Shown here piece after piece: positions 1 to 8,541 of a DNA stretch of 24,025 nt (the stretch's first letter is position 1; each line of letters begins with the position of its first letter). Origin of the DNA: Promethearchaeota archaeon (GTDB taxonomy: Archaea; Asgardarchaeota; Lokiarchaeia; Sigyniarchaeales; SOKP01); contig JBHLNZ010000049.1 in assembly GCA_048941015.1 (NCBI GenBank), forward strand, positions 1 through 24,025, read 5' to 3'. The position numbers and the translations under genes were made by a program. A model generated the notes under the pieces. The model worked only from the letters and a program-made list of their open reading frames with translations, was not told the origin of the DNA and did not search any database.

Positions 1-359
1 CCCATAATTGTAAAAAGAGGAATCGCTGTCGCTGTAGTAAATATACCTGGGATTCCCAATATAATCCACATTAATCCTGCAAAAGAGACCATAGCGATAA
101 TCCAAGGTCTCCTTCTTCCAAACCTTTTGGATCCAATTTTATCCCCTAATATACCAAAGAAAACTTTTAAAATCCATGGAAGGCTTATTATGGATCCTAA
201 AAACGCTAAAGCTGAAGCATCTAGAACGCCAATAAACTGTATTAAGTAGATTGGAATTATTACAGCGAAGAGAGATTGATCGATACCTTGAAATAAATAA
301 TTGATCGAAAAAATAGCTATATAGTAATTTTTAAATTCAACATATTCTTTTGTAGTCAT
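1..359 (-). CDS. MFS transporter, AmpG/BT1-like (N-terminal part; runs off the window edge)
   Basis: Absent from the ORF track. Manual translation from ATG at 359 gives MTTKEYVEFKNYYIAIFSINYLFQGIDQSLFAVIIPIYL...SLPWILKVFFGILGDKIGSKRFGRRRPWII..., containing the PWxxK...D...GRRRPW loop 2-3 motif and hydrophobic helices. An AAGGAG SD lies upstream on the minus strand. Confidence 0.85.
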   Translation of the reverse strand, partial: MTTKEYVEFKNYYIAIFSINYLFQGIDQSLFAVIIPIYLIQFIGVLDASALAFLGSIISLPWILKVFFGILGDKIGSKRFGRRRPWIIAMVSFAGLMWIILGIPGIFTTATAIPLFTIM

Positions 360-402
360 AAATATTTCTCCTTATTGGATTAAAATTTATTTAATAATTC
401 TA

Positions 403-416
403 AACATTTAAATGTT
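403..416. promoter_or_regulatory. Perfect 14-bp palindrome AACATTTAAATGTT; candidate bidirectional TATA box or operator
   Basis: Lies in the short divergent gap between the MFS and kinase genes and reads TTTAAATG on both strands. Confidence 0.45.
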
Positions 417-439
417 ATTCTATATGAGCTGAATTTTTG

Positions 440-1477
440 ATGAACAGTAGTGTTCTTACATTTGGAGAGATAATGATGAGATTATCTCCTCCTTATTTTC
501 AAAGATTTACACAATCTAGATCTTTTGATGCAATTTATGGAGGGGGGGAAGCAAATGTTGCTGTATCCCTTTCGAATTTCGGAATTGATGTAGATTTTGT
601 CACAAGACTCCCACAAAATGAATTGGGTGATGCCTGTGTCCAATACTTAAGGCAATTTGGAGTTAATACATCTAAAATTATAAGAGGAGGAGACCGAATT
701 GGTATTTATTTTTTGGAGATGGGCGCAGCAGCACGATCTAGTAAAGTTATATATGATCGAGATAATTCAGCTATATCCACCGCCGAAAAGAACATGTTTG
801 ACTGGGAAGTTCTTTTTAAAGGGATTAATTGGTTTCACTTTACAGGGATCACTCCTGCCATTTCTCAGAATCTAGTAGAAGTTTGTCTTGATGCTGTTAA
901 AATAGCTAAATCAAAAGGAATTACAGTTTCATGTGATTTAAATTATCGGAGTAAATTATGGAAATATGGTAAAAAAGCATCAGAAGTCATGCCTGAATTA
1001 GTTGAGTATTGTGATATAGTCATAGGAAACGAAGAAGATGCTGATAATGTATTGGGAATTAGAGCGCCAAGCACAGATGTGACTTCTGGAAAATTAGATC
1101 CTCATAACTATAAATATGTAACTGAAGAGATGATGAACAAGTTTCCCAATCTGAAAAAAGTGGCAATAACGTTGAGAGGTTCGTTATCTGCAAGTCATAA
1201 CACTTGGGCAGGAATTTTATTTGATCGAAATAAACTTTACGTTAGTCCTCATTATGATATAACTCATATAGTAGATCGTGTAGGAGGAGGCGATTCTTTT
1301 GTAGCTGGATTAATTTATGGATTTCTTACTTTTAAAGAGGATTTACAAAAAATATTGGATTTTGCTGTTGCAGCTTCATGTCTAAAACATACCATTTTCG
1401 GAGATTTTAATTTAGTAAGTGTTGAAGAAGTTCTCAAAATTATGGAAGGAAATGTATCAGGTCGCGTTTCTCGTTAA
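440..1477 (+). CDS. kdgK: 2-dehydro-3-deoxygluconokinase-like PfkB sugar kinase
   Basis: FGEIMMRLSPP, GGGEANVA, VIYDR, GITPA, DLNYRSKLW and DRVGGGDSF motifs match the KDG-kinase subfamily. The track starts at TTG 437; the adjacent ATG 440 is preferred. Confidence 0.85.
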   Translation: MNSSVLTFGEIMMRLSPPYFQRFTQSRSFDAIYGGGEANVAVSLSNFGIDVDFVTRLPQNELGDACVQYLRQFGVNTSKIIRGGDRIGIYFLEMGAAARSSKVIYDRDNSAISTAEKNMFDWEVLFKGINWFHFTGITPAISQNLVEVCLDAVKIAKSKGITVSCDLNYRSKLWKYGKKASEVMPELVEYCDIVIGNEEDADNVLGIRAPSTDVTSGKLDPHNYKYVTEEMMNKFPNLKKVAITLRGSLSASHNTWAGILFDRNKLYVSPHYDITHIVDRVGGGDSFVAGLIYGFLTFKEDLQKILDFAVAASCLKHTIFGDFNLVSVEEVLKIMEGNVSGRVSR

Positions 1478-1549
1478 AAATATAATTATTATTTAAAAAT
1501 TAACTAGCAATATATTATAAGATAAAAACATAAAATTGAGGGATAAGAT

Positions 1550-2350
1550 TTGAGTAAAGTTCACGAAAAATTAATAATAACTGCCACAACAGCAAATTCT
1601 TGGATATTTCCCGAAGTTAAAAACTGGGCAGACACAGATGATGCTTTAATTGAGGATATAGTTAAATCTTATGAAGCTGGTGCTGCAATAGCACATATAC
1701 ATCTACCACGTGGTGCTGAAGTTGAAATTGTAAAAAGAATTAGGGAAAAATGTGATATAATAATTCAAGCAGGCATGTCAAGTTATCCTATAGAAGATAG
1801 AGCCCCAGATTTCCATGCAAAACCTGATATGCTTTCCGTGATTTTAAATCATCATGATGAGCATTTTACAGAGCTTAAAGTTAATCAAATTCATGATCTT
1901 GATGAATTGGAGCAATATTGCATTTCATTAAAGAAATTTAATATAAAACCAGAATGGGAAGTTTGGCATACTGGTTCATATTGGAATCTAAATTACTTAA
2001 TTAATAAAAATTTATTAACACCTCCTCATGTCTTAACTTTGTTTTTTAATTGGCCAGGAGGTACATGGTCTCCACCAACTCCAGATGAGTATTTACATAG
2101 AATAAAATATATGCCCTCAAATTGCTTGCACACTATAAGTGTTATGGGCAAAGAACAGACAAAAATAGCGGTATTAGCAATAATGCATGGAGGAAATGTA
2201 CGAGTTGGAACTGAAGATTATCCATTTATCAAAGAAAACATACCAGCTAAAAATAACGCTGAATTAGTAGCTCGAATGGTAAGATTAAGCAAAGAGATGG
2301 GACGCGAAACTGCTGATCCCTCAGAAGCTCGTAAAATCTTAGGTTTATAA
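1550..2350 (+). CDS. Beta-keto acid cleavage enzyme (BKACE/Kce, DUF849 family)
   Basis: KLIITAT start, AGAAIAHIH Zn-binding HxH, KPEWE, GGNVRVGTED, NAELV and EARKILGL C-terminus. TTG start. Confidence 0.9.
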   Translation: MSKVHEKLIITATTANSWIFPEVKNWADTDDALIEDIVKSYEAGAAIAHIHLPRGAEVEIVKRIREKCDIIIQAGMSSYPIEDRAPDFHAKPDMLSVILNHHDEHFTELKVNQIHDLDELEQYCISLKKFNIKPEWEVWHTGSYWNLNYLINKNLLTPPHVLTLFFNWPGGTWSPPTPDEYLHRIKYMPSNCLHTISVMGKEQTKIAVLAIMHGGNVRVGTEDYPFIKENIPAKNNAELVARMVRLSKEMGRETADPSEARKILGL

Positions 2351-2379
2351 TATTAATATAGTAAGGAGGAGATTATATA

Positions 2380-3129
2380 GTGAAATTAAAAGAAAAAGTA
2401 GCAATTATCACTGGAGCTGGAGCCGGAATTGGAGAAGCAACTGCTATTCTATTTGCATCTGAAGGTGCAAAAGTGTGCTGTAATTCGATATCAGAATCGG
2501 CTCTTAAGGTAGTTGAAAGAATTAATAATTCTGGAGGAGAAGCTATTTTTGTTCAAGCGGATGTATCTAAAGAAACTGAAGCTAAAAAAATTATTGATAA
2601 AGCTATAGAAGCATTTGGAAAGATTGACATTTTATTCAATAATGCAGGGATTGTGCTTGGAGGAAGCATAGATAGTATTTCTACAGAAGATTGGGATAGA
2701 ACTATGGCCGTAAATGTACGTGGAATTTACCTTGTATCAAAATACGCGATTCCTTATCTGAAAAAAACTAGAGGAACCATCATAAATAATGCGTCCTCTG
2801 TTGCTTTTAAAGGAGTACCAAATCGAGCTGCTTATACTGCTTCTAAAGGTGCAGTTTTATCAATGACAAGAGCTATGGCTGCTGATTATCTAGATGATGA
2901 GATTCGAGTGAATTCGATTTGTCCGGGTACTGTAGACACGCCCTCATTAGTAGGGAGAATAAAAAGTAGGGGCGGTGATTATAATCAAGTGAGACAGGGA
3001 TATATAGATCGTCAACCCATGAAAAGACTTGGAAAGCCTGAAGAGATTGCTGAAGGAGTGTTATTTCTCGCTTTAAATAAATTCTGCACGGGTGTTAGTC
3101 TTTTAGTTGATGGCGGGATGACAATGTGA
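2380..3129 (+). CDS. Classical SDR, BDH2/DHRS6 / 2-keto-3-deoxy-L-fuconate dehydrogenase-like
   Basis: TGAGAGIG, NNAG and YTASK motifs, plus subfamily-type PNRAAY, ICPGTVDTPSL and RQPMKRLG. GTG start with AAGGAGG SD at 2363-2369. Confidence 0.9.
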   Translation: MKLKEKVAIITGAGAGIGEATAILFASEGAKVCCNSISESALKVVERINNSGGEAIFVQADVSKETEAKKIIDKAIEAFGKIDILFNNAGIVLGGSIDSISTEDWDRTMAVNVRGIYLVSKYAIPYLKKTRGTIINNASSVAFKGVPNRAAYTASKGAVLSMTRAMAADYLDDEIRVNSICPGTVDTPSLVGRIKSRGGDYNQVRQGYIDRQPMKRLGKPEEIAEGVLFLALNKFCTGVSLLVDGGMTM

Positions 3130-3136
3130 GATGTCT

Positions 3137-3916
3137 TTAACGAGTTGTCCAGCCGCCATCCAATCTAAGGTCTGCCCCTGTCATATATGATGATTCATCC
3201 GTAGCTAAAAACAAGATTCCGGTAGCTATTTCTTCCGGTTTTGCCCATCTACCCATTACGCCTTCTTCCTCAAATTCTTTCTTTACTTCTTCGTATGATA
3301 ATCCTCTATCCTTAGCTTGTTTAGCAACATCGCTTTGTAACATTGGAGTATCAGTTGCTCCCGGGCTCACACTATTTACTCGAACATTATAAGGTGCTAA
3401 ATCTAACGCTAATGCCCTTGTATATCCCAATACTGCAGCTTTAGTTGAACAATAATTCGCATGAGTTGTTTGTCCTATATGAGCTGCAACAGAAGCTAAT
3501 GTAATTATTGAACCAAATTTTTGTTTTTTAAAATAGGGAACTGCATATTTGCAGGTATAATGAGTGCCTTTAATATTGACATCGATAAGGAGGTTATAAT
3601 CGCTATCTGGAAAAGTTTCTACAGGGCCTACTCTTACAACACCAGCATTGACAACTAAAACATCTATCCTACCAAACTTTTCAATTGTCATGTCGATCAT
3701 ATTTTTAACATCATCCTGATTTCTTACATCAACAACAGTGATTTTAGTTCTATCTTTAGCTTCGTTATTTATGAGTTTATATGTCTCATTTAATCCAATT
3801 TCATCTATGTCAGATAAAACCTGAATTGCTCCTTCCTCTGCAAATAAGATAGCAGTTGCTCGACCAATACCTGAAGCTGCACCTGTAAGTACGACTACTT
3901 TATCTTTCAGTTTCAT
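3137..3916 (-). CDS. Classical SDR oxidoreductase (probably NAD-dependent)
   Basis: TGAASGIG, acidic residue after beta2 (SDID), NAG, YCSTK, VSPGATDT and DGG motifs. Confidence 0.9.
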   Translation of the reverse strand: MKLKDKVVVLTGAASGIGRATAILFAEEGAIQVLSDIDEIGLNETYKLINNEAKDRTKITVVDVRNQDDVKNMIDMTIEKFGRIDVLVVNAGVVRVGPVETFPDSDYNLLIDVNIKGTHYTCKYAVPYFKKQKFGSIITLASVAAHIGQTTHANYCSTKAAVLGYTRALALDLAPYNVRVNSVSPGATDTPMLQSDVAKQAKDRGLSYEEVKKEFEEEGVMGRWAKPEEIATGILFLATDESSYMTGADLRLDGGWTTR

Positions 3917-3924
3917 AATGTTTC

Positions 3925-5064
3925 TTAACCCTCTTTAATTAATATTTCTTTATCTAATGCGGATAATCTTTCAGTACCAGTATCGGTTATTCTATAACAA
4001 TCCTCAATACCTACTAATCCTTGCCCTCGCACATTAAGCCACACTTCTAAATCAAGAACCATATTTTTTTCAAATGATATATCCATTGCTCCTGTAGGCC
4101 CAAACAAATGAGTTTCTTCACATTCCAACCCAATACTATGCCCTGTAATTAGGTAAAATCCTCTTTTTGTTAGAGATTTTAAATAACTTTGAGCTTCTTC
4201 TCTAAATTCCTTAGCGTTTACTCCGGGTTTAATATTATCAGCACAATATTCTTGAACTTGGATCATATAGCTCATTGCTTCTTGAGCTTTTTCAGGTACT
4301 TCACCGACAACAACGCTTCTACTTACATCTGAAATATAACCTTCCCACACAGCCCCAAAATCAAATCTAACAATATCATTTGGAGTAACTAATGTTCCTA
4401 AACCTGGTGCCTCAGGATCTGAAGGTCCAATATTCATTGTAAGATGGTCCCAACCCCAAGCACCTTCATCAACAATAGTCCTCCTCGCAATTTGCAATAA
4501 TTTAGTGTCGGGGATATTTAATTCTGTTGCATCTATGCACGCTTGAATTGCTTTTTCCGCTACTTCTGTTGATTTTCTAATCCTTTTAACTTCTTCCTGT
4601 GTTTTTATTAAGCGCATATCTAAAAAAACTCTATCCCCATCAACAAATCTAGCATTTGGAAATTCTTCTTGTAACGCTTCAGATTGGTATCGAGGCATAT
4701 AAGATTCAATACCGATGGTTTTATTCGATAATTCCCAATCTTCAATTTTTTTTAAAAGCATATTAACCGCTGCTTTTAAAGACCCAACACGATAAACTTC
4801 ACTTGGATCAACCCATGAAAATTCTTCAACACTATCATATAAGGACCATACAATAGCGCTTTCTTCTCCATCTCTACGAATCAGTGATAAATTCGGATAT
4901 TGATTAGATAATACATATAAGATTGGATTCGGTGCAACATGAGTTACAGGTAAACCCGTAGTATAAAAAACATTTACAGGAGTAGAAGCTATTAATAGGT
5001 CAACATCATATTGATCCAATATTTTTTGAGCTCTAGTTTTGCTATAACCAATTGATTCTGCCAT
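3925..5064 (-). CDS. M24 family (Xaa-Pro peptidase/creatinase-like) metallohydrolase
   Basis: N-terminal creatinase-like domain, MRLIKTQEE, and metal ligands in DFGA, SDVSR, GHSIG, LE and IED. Confidence 0.85.
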   Translation of the reverse strand: MAESIGYSKTRAQKILDQYDVDLLIASTPVNVFYTTGLPVTHVAPNPILYVLSNQYPNLSLIRRDGEESAIVWSLYDSVEEFSWVDPSEVYRVGSLKAAVNMLLKKIEDWELSNKTIGIESYMPRYQSEALQEEFPNARFVDGDRVFLDMRLIKTQEEVKRIRKSTEVAEKAIQACIDATELNIPDTKLLQIARRTIVDEGAWGWDHLTMNIGPSDPEAPGLGTLVTPNDIVRFDFGAVWEGYISDVSRSVVVGEVPEKAQEAMSYMIQVQEYCADNIKPGVNAKEFREEAQSYLKSLTKRGFYLITGHSIGLECEETHLFGPTGAMDISFEKNMVLDLEVWLNVRGQGLVGIEDCYRITDTGTERLSALDKEILIKEG

Positions 5065-5224
5065 TTTAAATCACAGTATTTATGATATTAAATGATTAAA
5101 ATATAGATTTAGTTAAAAATGTTTAATATAGAAATTTATAATTTTAATTTTGTACTTGTAACTGAATTTTATAATATCCTAGGGAATAGTAAATCTATTT
5201 ACATTTACAAAATTATTTTAAATT

Positions 5225-6364
5225 ATGGACTCTGTAAAGTATGGTTTAGTTGGAATTGGAAATACCATGAATTCAGCTTGGCCTTATCATTATGTTGGTA
5301 GTAAGGATAATCCGAAAATAAAATTTACTTCTGTTTTTGATATCAATCAGAAAAAAGGAGCTAAATTAGCTAAGTTATTTAAACTCAAATATTATGAATC
5401 TTATGAAGCTCTATTAGAGAGTGATATCGACGCAGTTCTTGTTATGGTTCCTCATCATGCTCATGAACAAGTAGTAATCCAAGCAGCAAAAGCAGGAAAA
5501 CATATTTTATGCGAAAAGCCAATGGCAACGACTCTAGAGGGATGTGATCAAATGATTAATGCGACAAAAAAAGCAGGAGTTAAATTTATGATCGCAGAAA
5601 ATCATCGTTTCCTGCCTGCTCATCAAGAGATTCATAAATTTGTTAATGAAGGAACAGTTGGTAAAGTTTTTATGATTCGTTCGTATGAAGGAGTTCCTGA
5701 GGTCCATAATGTAACTAACCCTGAATCCTGGAAAGCAGATCCAATAAAGGCAGGAGGTGGGGCTTTAATGGATATGGGCGTCCATAAATTTGCAACTTTT
5801 AATTGGATCTTAAATGATACAGTAGATTCAGCTTACTGTTGGCTTACTAAACAAATTACTTATTTGCCGGAAAAAGCAGAAGACAATGCATTTATCTTTT
5901 TGAAATATAAATCTGGTATTATTACCGAATGTGTCTTGAGTTTTACTGTTAATAATCCTTCATCGAATCAATTAGAAGTTTATGGAACAGATGGAACATT
6001 GATAGAAAATCATGCTTGGGAAAATCCTATCAAAATTTATAGCCCCCATAAAATAAAAGCTGAAAGTTCGAATGGATGGTTTTACCCCAAAATTAATCAT
6101 GGTCCTTTTCCAAAATATTATCATATTTCAATGGGTAATGAAGATTCTTATTTTACAGATTGTATACTAGAAGATAAAGAACCAGAATTTACACCAGCGC
6201 ATGCGAAGGAAGCTATTGCTACTGCTCTTTTGGCATATTTATCCGCTATCAATGGTAGAACTACATCAATGAATGAATTGATGGAATTATACAAAAATAA
6301 AGGAACAAGAATTATATTAGAACAACTAATAAATGCTGTACAAGAGAATTGTATTTTAGATTAA
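5225..6364 (+). CDS. Gfo/Idh/MocA family NAD(P)-dependent oxidoreductase
   Basis: GLVGIG, AGKHILCEKP, GGGALMDMGVH and AEDNA motifs. Confidence 0.9.
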   Translation: MDSVKYGLVGIGNTMNSAWPYHYVGSKDNPKIKFTSVFDINQKKGAKLAKLFKLKYYESYEALLESDIDAVLVMVPHHAHEQVVIQAAKAGKHILCEKPMATTLEGCDQMINATKKAGVKFMIAENHRFLPAHQEIHKFVNEGTVGKVFMIRSYEGVPEVHNVTNPESWKADPIKAGGGALMDMGVHKFATFNWILNDTVDSAYCWLTKQITYLPEKAEDNAFIFLKYKSGIITECVLSFTVNNPSSNQLEVYGTDGTLIENHAWENPIKIYSPHKIKAESSNGWFYPKINHGPFPKYYHISMGNEDSYFTDCILEDKEPEFTPAHAKEAIATALLAYLSAINGRTTSMNELMELYKNKGTRIILEQLINAVQENCILD

Positions 6365-6366
6365 TC

Positions 6367-6409
6367 TTTTTTTTCAATTTAATGAAAAATTTACTGAGGC
6401 TTTTTTTTT
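6367..6409 (+). terminator. Oligo-T tracts; candidate archaeal intrinsic terminator
   Basis: T-runs at about 6367-6374 and 6401-6409, directly after the Gfo/Idh/MocA stop codon. Confidence 0.4.
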
Positions 6410-6533
6410 AAATAGAATTTTTGTTATTGTTTCATTAATTTAAAATTCTCAGAGATGAATATTCATTTCAAAAGGCTTTGTTAATAATTCTGAAACAGAA
6501 GATCATTTTATAGAAGCAAATTCAATTGAAGAT

Positions 6534-6794
6534 TTGCATCTTGAAGAAAATAATGAAATTCAAATTGAAATCTCAATATCTAATGATAGATTAAATCAGG
6601 ACTTAGTAATTGATAATTGTGATATTGCTAAAAATGAATATTTGACTATGATGAATGACGTACATCTTCTTTTAGAAAATTGTGAAAATTTAACTAATAA
6701 TCAAAAGTTAGAATATTGCCAAAGTGAAAGGTATTATATGAGATTATACTTGAAGCAGGTTTTAATCAAATATAACATTTCTCCAGACAAATAA
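6534..6794 (+). CDS. Hypothetical protein (frame is open back to ATA at 6459)
   Basis: Fills an otherwise empty gap and has a plausible acidic soluble composition. No family motif recognised. Confidence 0.5.
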   Translation: MHLEENNEIQIEISISNDRLNQDLVIDNCDIAKNEYLTMMNDVHLLLENCENLTNNQKLEYCQSERYYMRLYLKQVLIKYNISPDK

Positions 6795-6813
6795 TCTTAC
6801 GTGAAACACTCAT

Positions 6814-7365
6814 TCATCTAATTTTCTTATAAAAATACGTAGAAATAGTTTGATTTTTATACTCATTTTTTAATTCATATTCTAATTCGAAGATATCTTC
6901 AAAACTTTCCAGAGAGTATTTATAAGCAATAATTATTGAATTTCTTTTAATCGTTAAAAAAATGTGTCGTAAATACTTTTGCATAGTTGGCAATGAGAAA
7001 ATATATATATAATCAAAAGATTTCAAACTCATTTTAAATAAATCTCCATAAATTAATTTAACTTTCCTTAATCGTCTTAAAGAATATGATTTCTGATTTT
7101 TTAATGATTTTATCTTGGTTTTAGCTTCCTTTATTAAATCTTTATTAATTTCAATGCCTATCGATTTTATTCCATAGTTCAAAGCAGAATAGATTATAAT
7201 TTGACCATTACCAGAACCCAAGTCTATTAATTTCTGCTTCGAATTTTTTAACAATCCAAATTTAAGTTTTAAGATTTCAAATATCTCTTTTAATAGAGCT
7301 GTATTTGTCTCTAAAAAGGGGAAATCTAATTGAGAAGTTATTGTAAAAAAATCCTTCTTTTTCAT
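6814..7365 (-). CDS. Class I SAM-dependent methyltransferase, FAM173/aKMT/Dot1-like
   Basis: PFLET pre-motif, LIDLGSGNG motif I, GIEIN post-I, GDLF and FDYIYIF. Confidence 0.75.
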   Translation of the reverse strand: MKKKDFFTITSQLDFPFLETNTALLKEIFEILKLKFGLLKNSKQKLIDLGSGNGQIIIYSALNYGIKSIGIEINKDLIKEAKTKIKSLKNQKSYSLRRLRKVKLIYGDLFKMSLKSFDYIYIFSLPTMQKYLRHIFLTIKRNSIIIAYKYSLESFEDIFELEYELKNEYKNQTISTYFYKKIR

Positions 7366-7508
7366 GTCTAAATTTAATATAGTTAACTATACTTTAATGT
7401 AAGTTTTTATTGTCCAATTCCTATTTTTACGATTATTAACCATTACAATTGTTAATAGTATTATTAAACTTTTAAAAAGGAATAAATTTTTAATATTAAA
7501 ATTTAAAC

Positions 7509-7527
7509 CTCCTAAATTCTCCTAAAT
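7509..7527 (+). repeat. Tandem direct repeat CTCCTAAAT x2 with 10-bp period
   Basis: Exact copies at 7509-7517 and 7519-7527, immediately before ATG 7529 and after TTTAAA at 7502-7507. Confidence 0.6.
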
Positions 7528-7528
7528 A

Positions 7529-8524
7529 ATGGTCAAAATATTAGTAACTGGTGGTACTGGTTTTATTGGTATACCATTAGTAGAAAAATTACATGAAAAA
7601 GGTCATGAAATTAAGCTTTTAGTACGAAAATCAACTGATATTTCTCCATTTCAGAATTTTGATAATATTGAATATACTAATGGTGATGTTCGACAAATTG
7701 ACAGTCTATATAGCGCAGTGGATGATGTAGACGTTATATATCATCTCGCAGCCTATACACGAATGTGGGCGAAAGATAAATCAGTTTTTGAAGATACAAA
7801 TATTGATGGTACGGAAAATGTTGCTAAAGTAGCGTTAGATAGCAATATTAGAATGATTTATGTTAGCTCCTTTATAGCATTAGGTGCAACACCTAGCGAA
7901 CCTGTTGATGAAACTTATGAGAGCGAAGATGGGTTATTTCTTGATTATGCTAAAACAAAATTTCAAGCAAAAAAATTAATTAAAGAATATGTCAATAAAG
8001 GACTTAATGCTACTATATTCTATCCTGGTATTGCTTATGGTCCAAGGGATTTTAATATATTTGGGCAGACAATATTAGATATAACTACGGAATCATTTAT
8101 GGGATGCCCAGGTAAAGGGGACAATATTGGTTCTTTCGTATATGTTTATGATATTGCAACTGCCTTGGTGAATGTAGCAGATAGAAATGATTTAAAAGGA
8201 GAGGAATTCATTCTTGGAGGAATGAATTTACTTTTTAATGAATGGCTTGATTTAATTGCTGAAATTTCAGGAAGTAAGAAAAAAATTAGACATTTTCCAA
8301 TGAGCTTAGCTCTTTTATATGGTTGGTTATGTGAAGTTAAGACGAGATTTACAAAAAAGATGCCTTATATAAATCGACCAACAATTAAAATGATCAACTA
8401 TAATTGGTCTTATTCATCGAAAAAAGCTATTAGAGAATTGGATTATAATATTACTCCTTTAAGAGAAGGATTAGAAAAAACAATTGAATGGTACAAGGGA
8501 TATAACGAAATGGTAAAAAAATAA
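7529..8524 (+). CDS. Extended SDR / NAD-dependent epimerase-dehydratase (HpnA/DFR/3beta-HSD-like)
   Basis: TGGTGFIG, LVR, HLAA, VSS, catalytic YAKTK, YGP and SSKKAIRELDY motifs. Confidence 0.9.
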   Translation: MVKILVTGGTGFIGIPLVEKLHEKGHEIKLLVRKSTDISPFQNFDNIEYTNGDVRQIDSLYSAVDDVDVIYHLAAYTRMWAKDKSVFEDTNIDGTENVAKVALDSNIRMIYVSSFIALGATPSEPVDETYESEDGLFLDYAKTKFQAKKLIKEYVNKGLNATIFYPGIAYGPRDFNIFGQTILDITTESFMGCPGKGDNIGSFVYVYDIATALVNVADRNDLKGEEFILGGMNLLFNEWLDLIAEISGSKKKIRHFPMSLALLYGWLCEVKTRFTKKMPYINRPTIKMINYNWSYSSKKAIRELDYNITPLREGLEKTIEWYKGYNEMVKK

Positions 8525-8541
8525 GAGGAATATTTGAAATT

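Noticed and set aside
5119-5301. 60-aa ORF
   Set aside because: AT-rich divergent promoter DNA overlapping the Gfo/Idh/MocA start in another frame; no motif.
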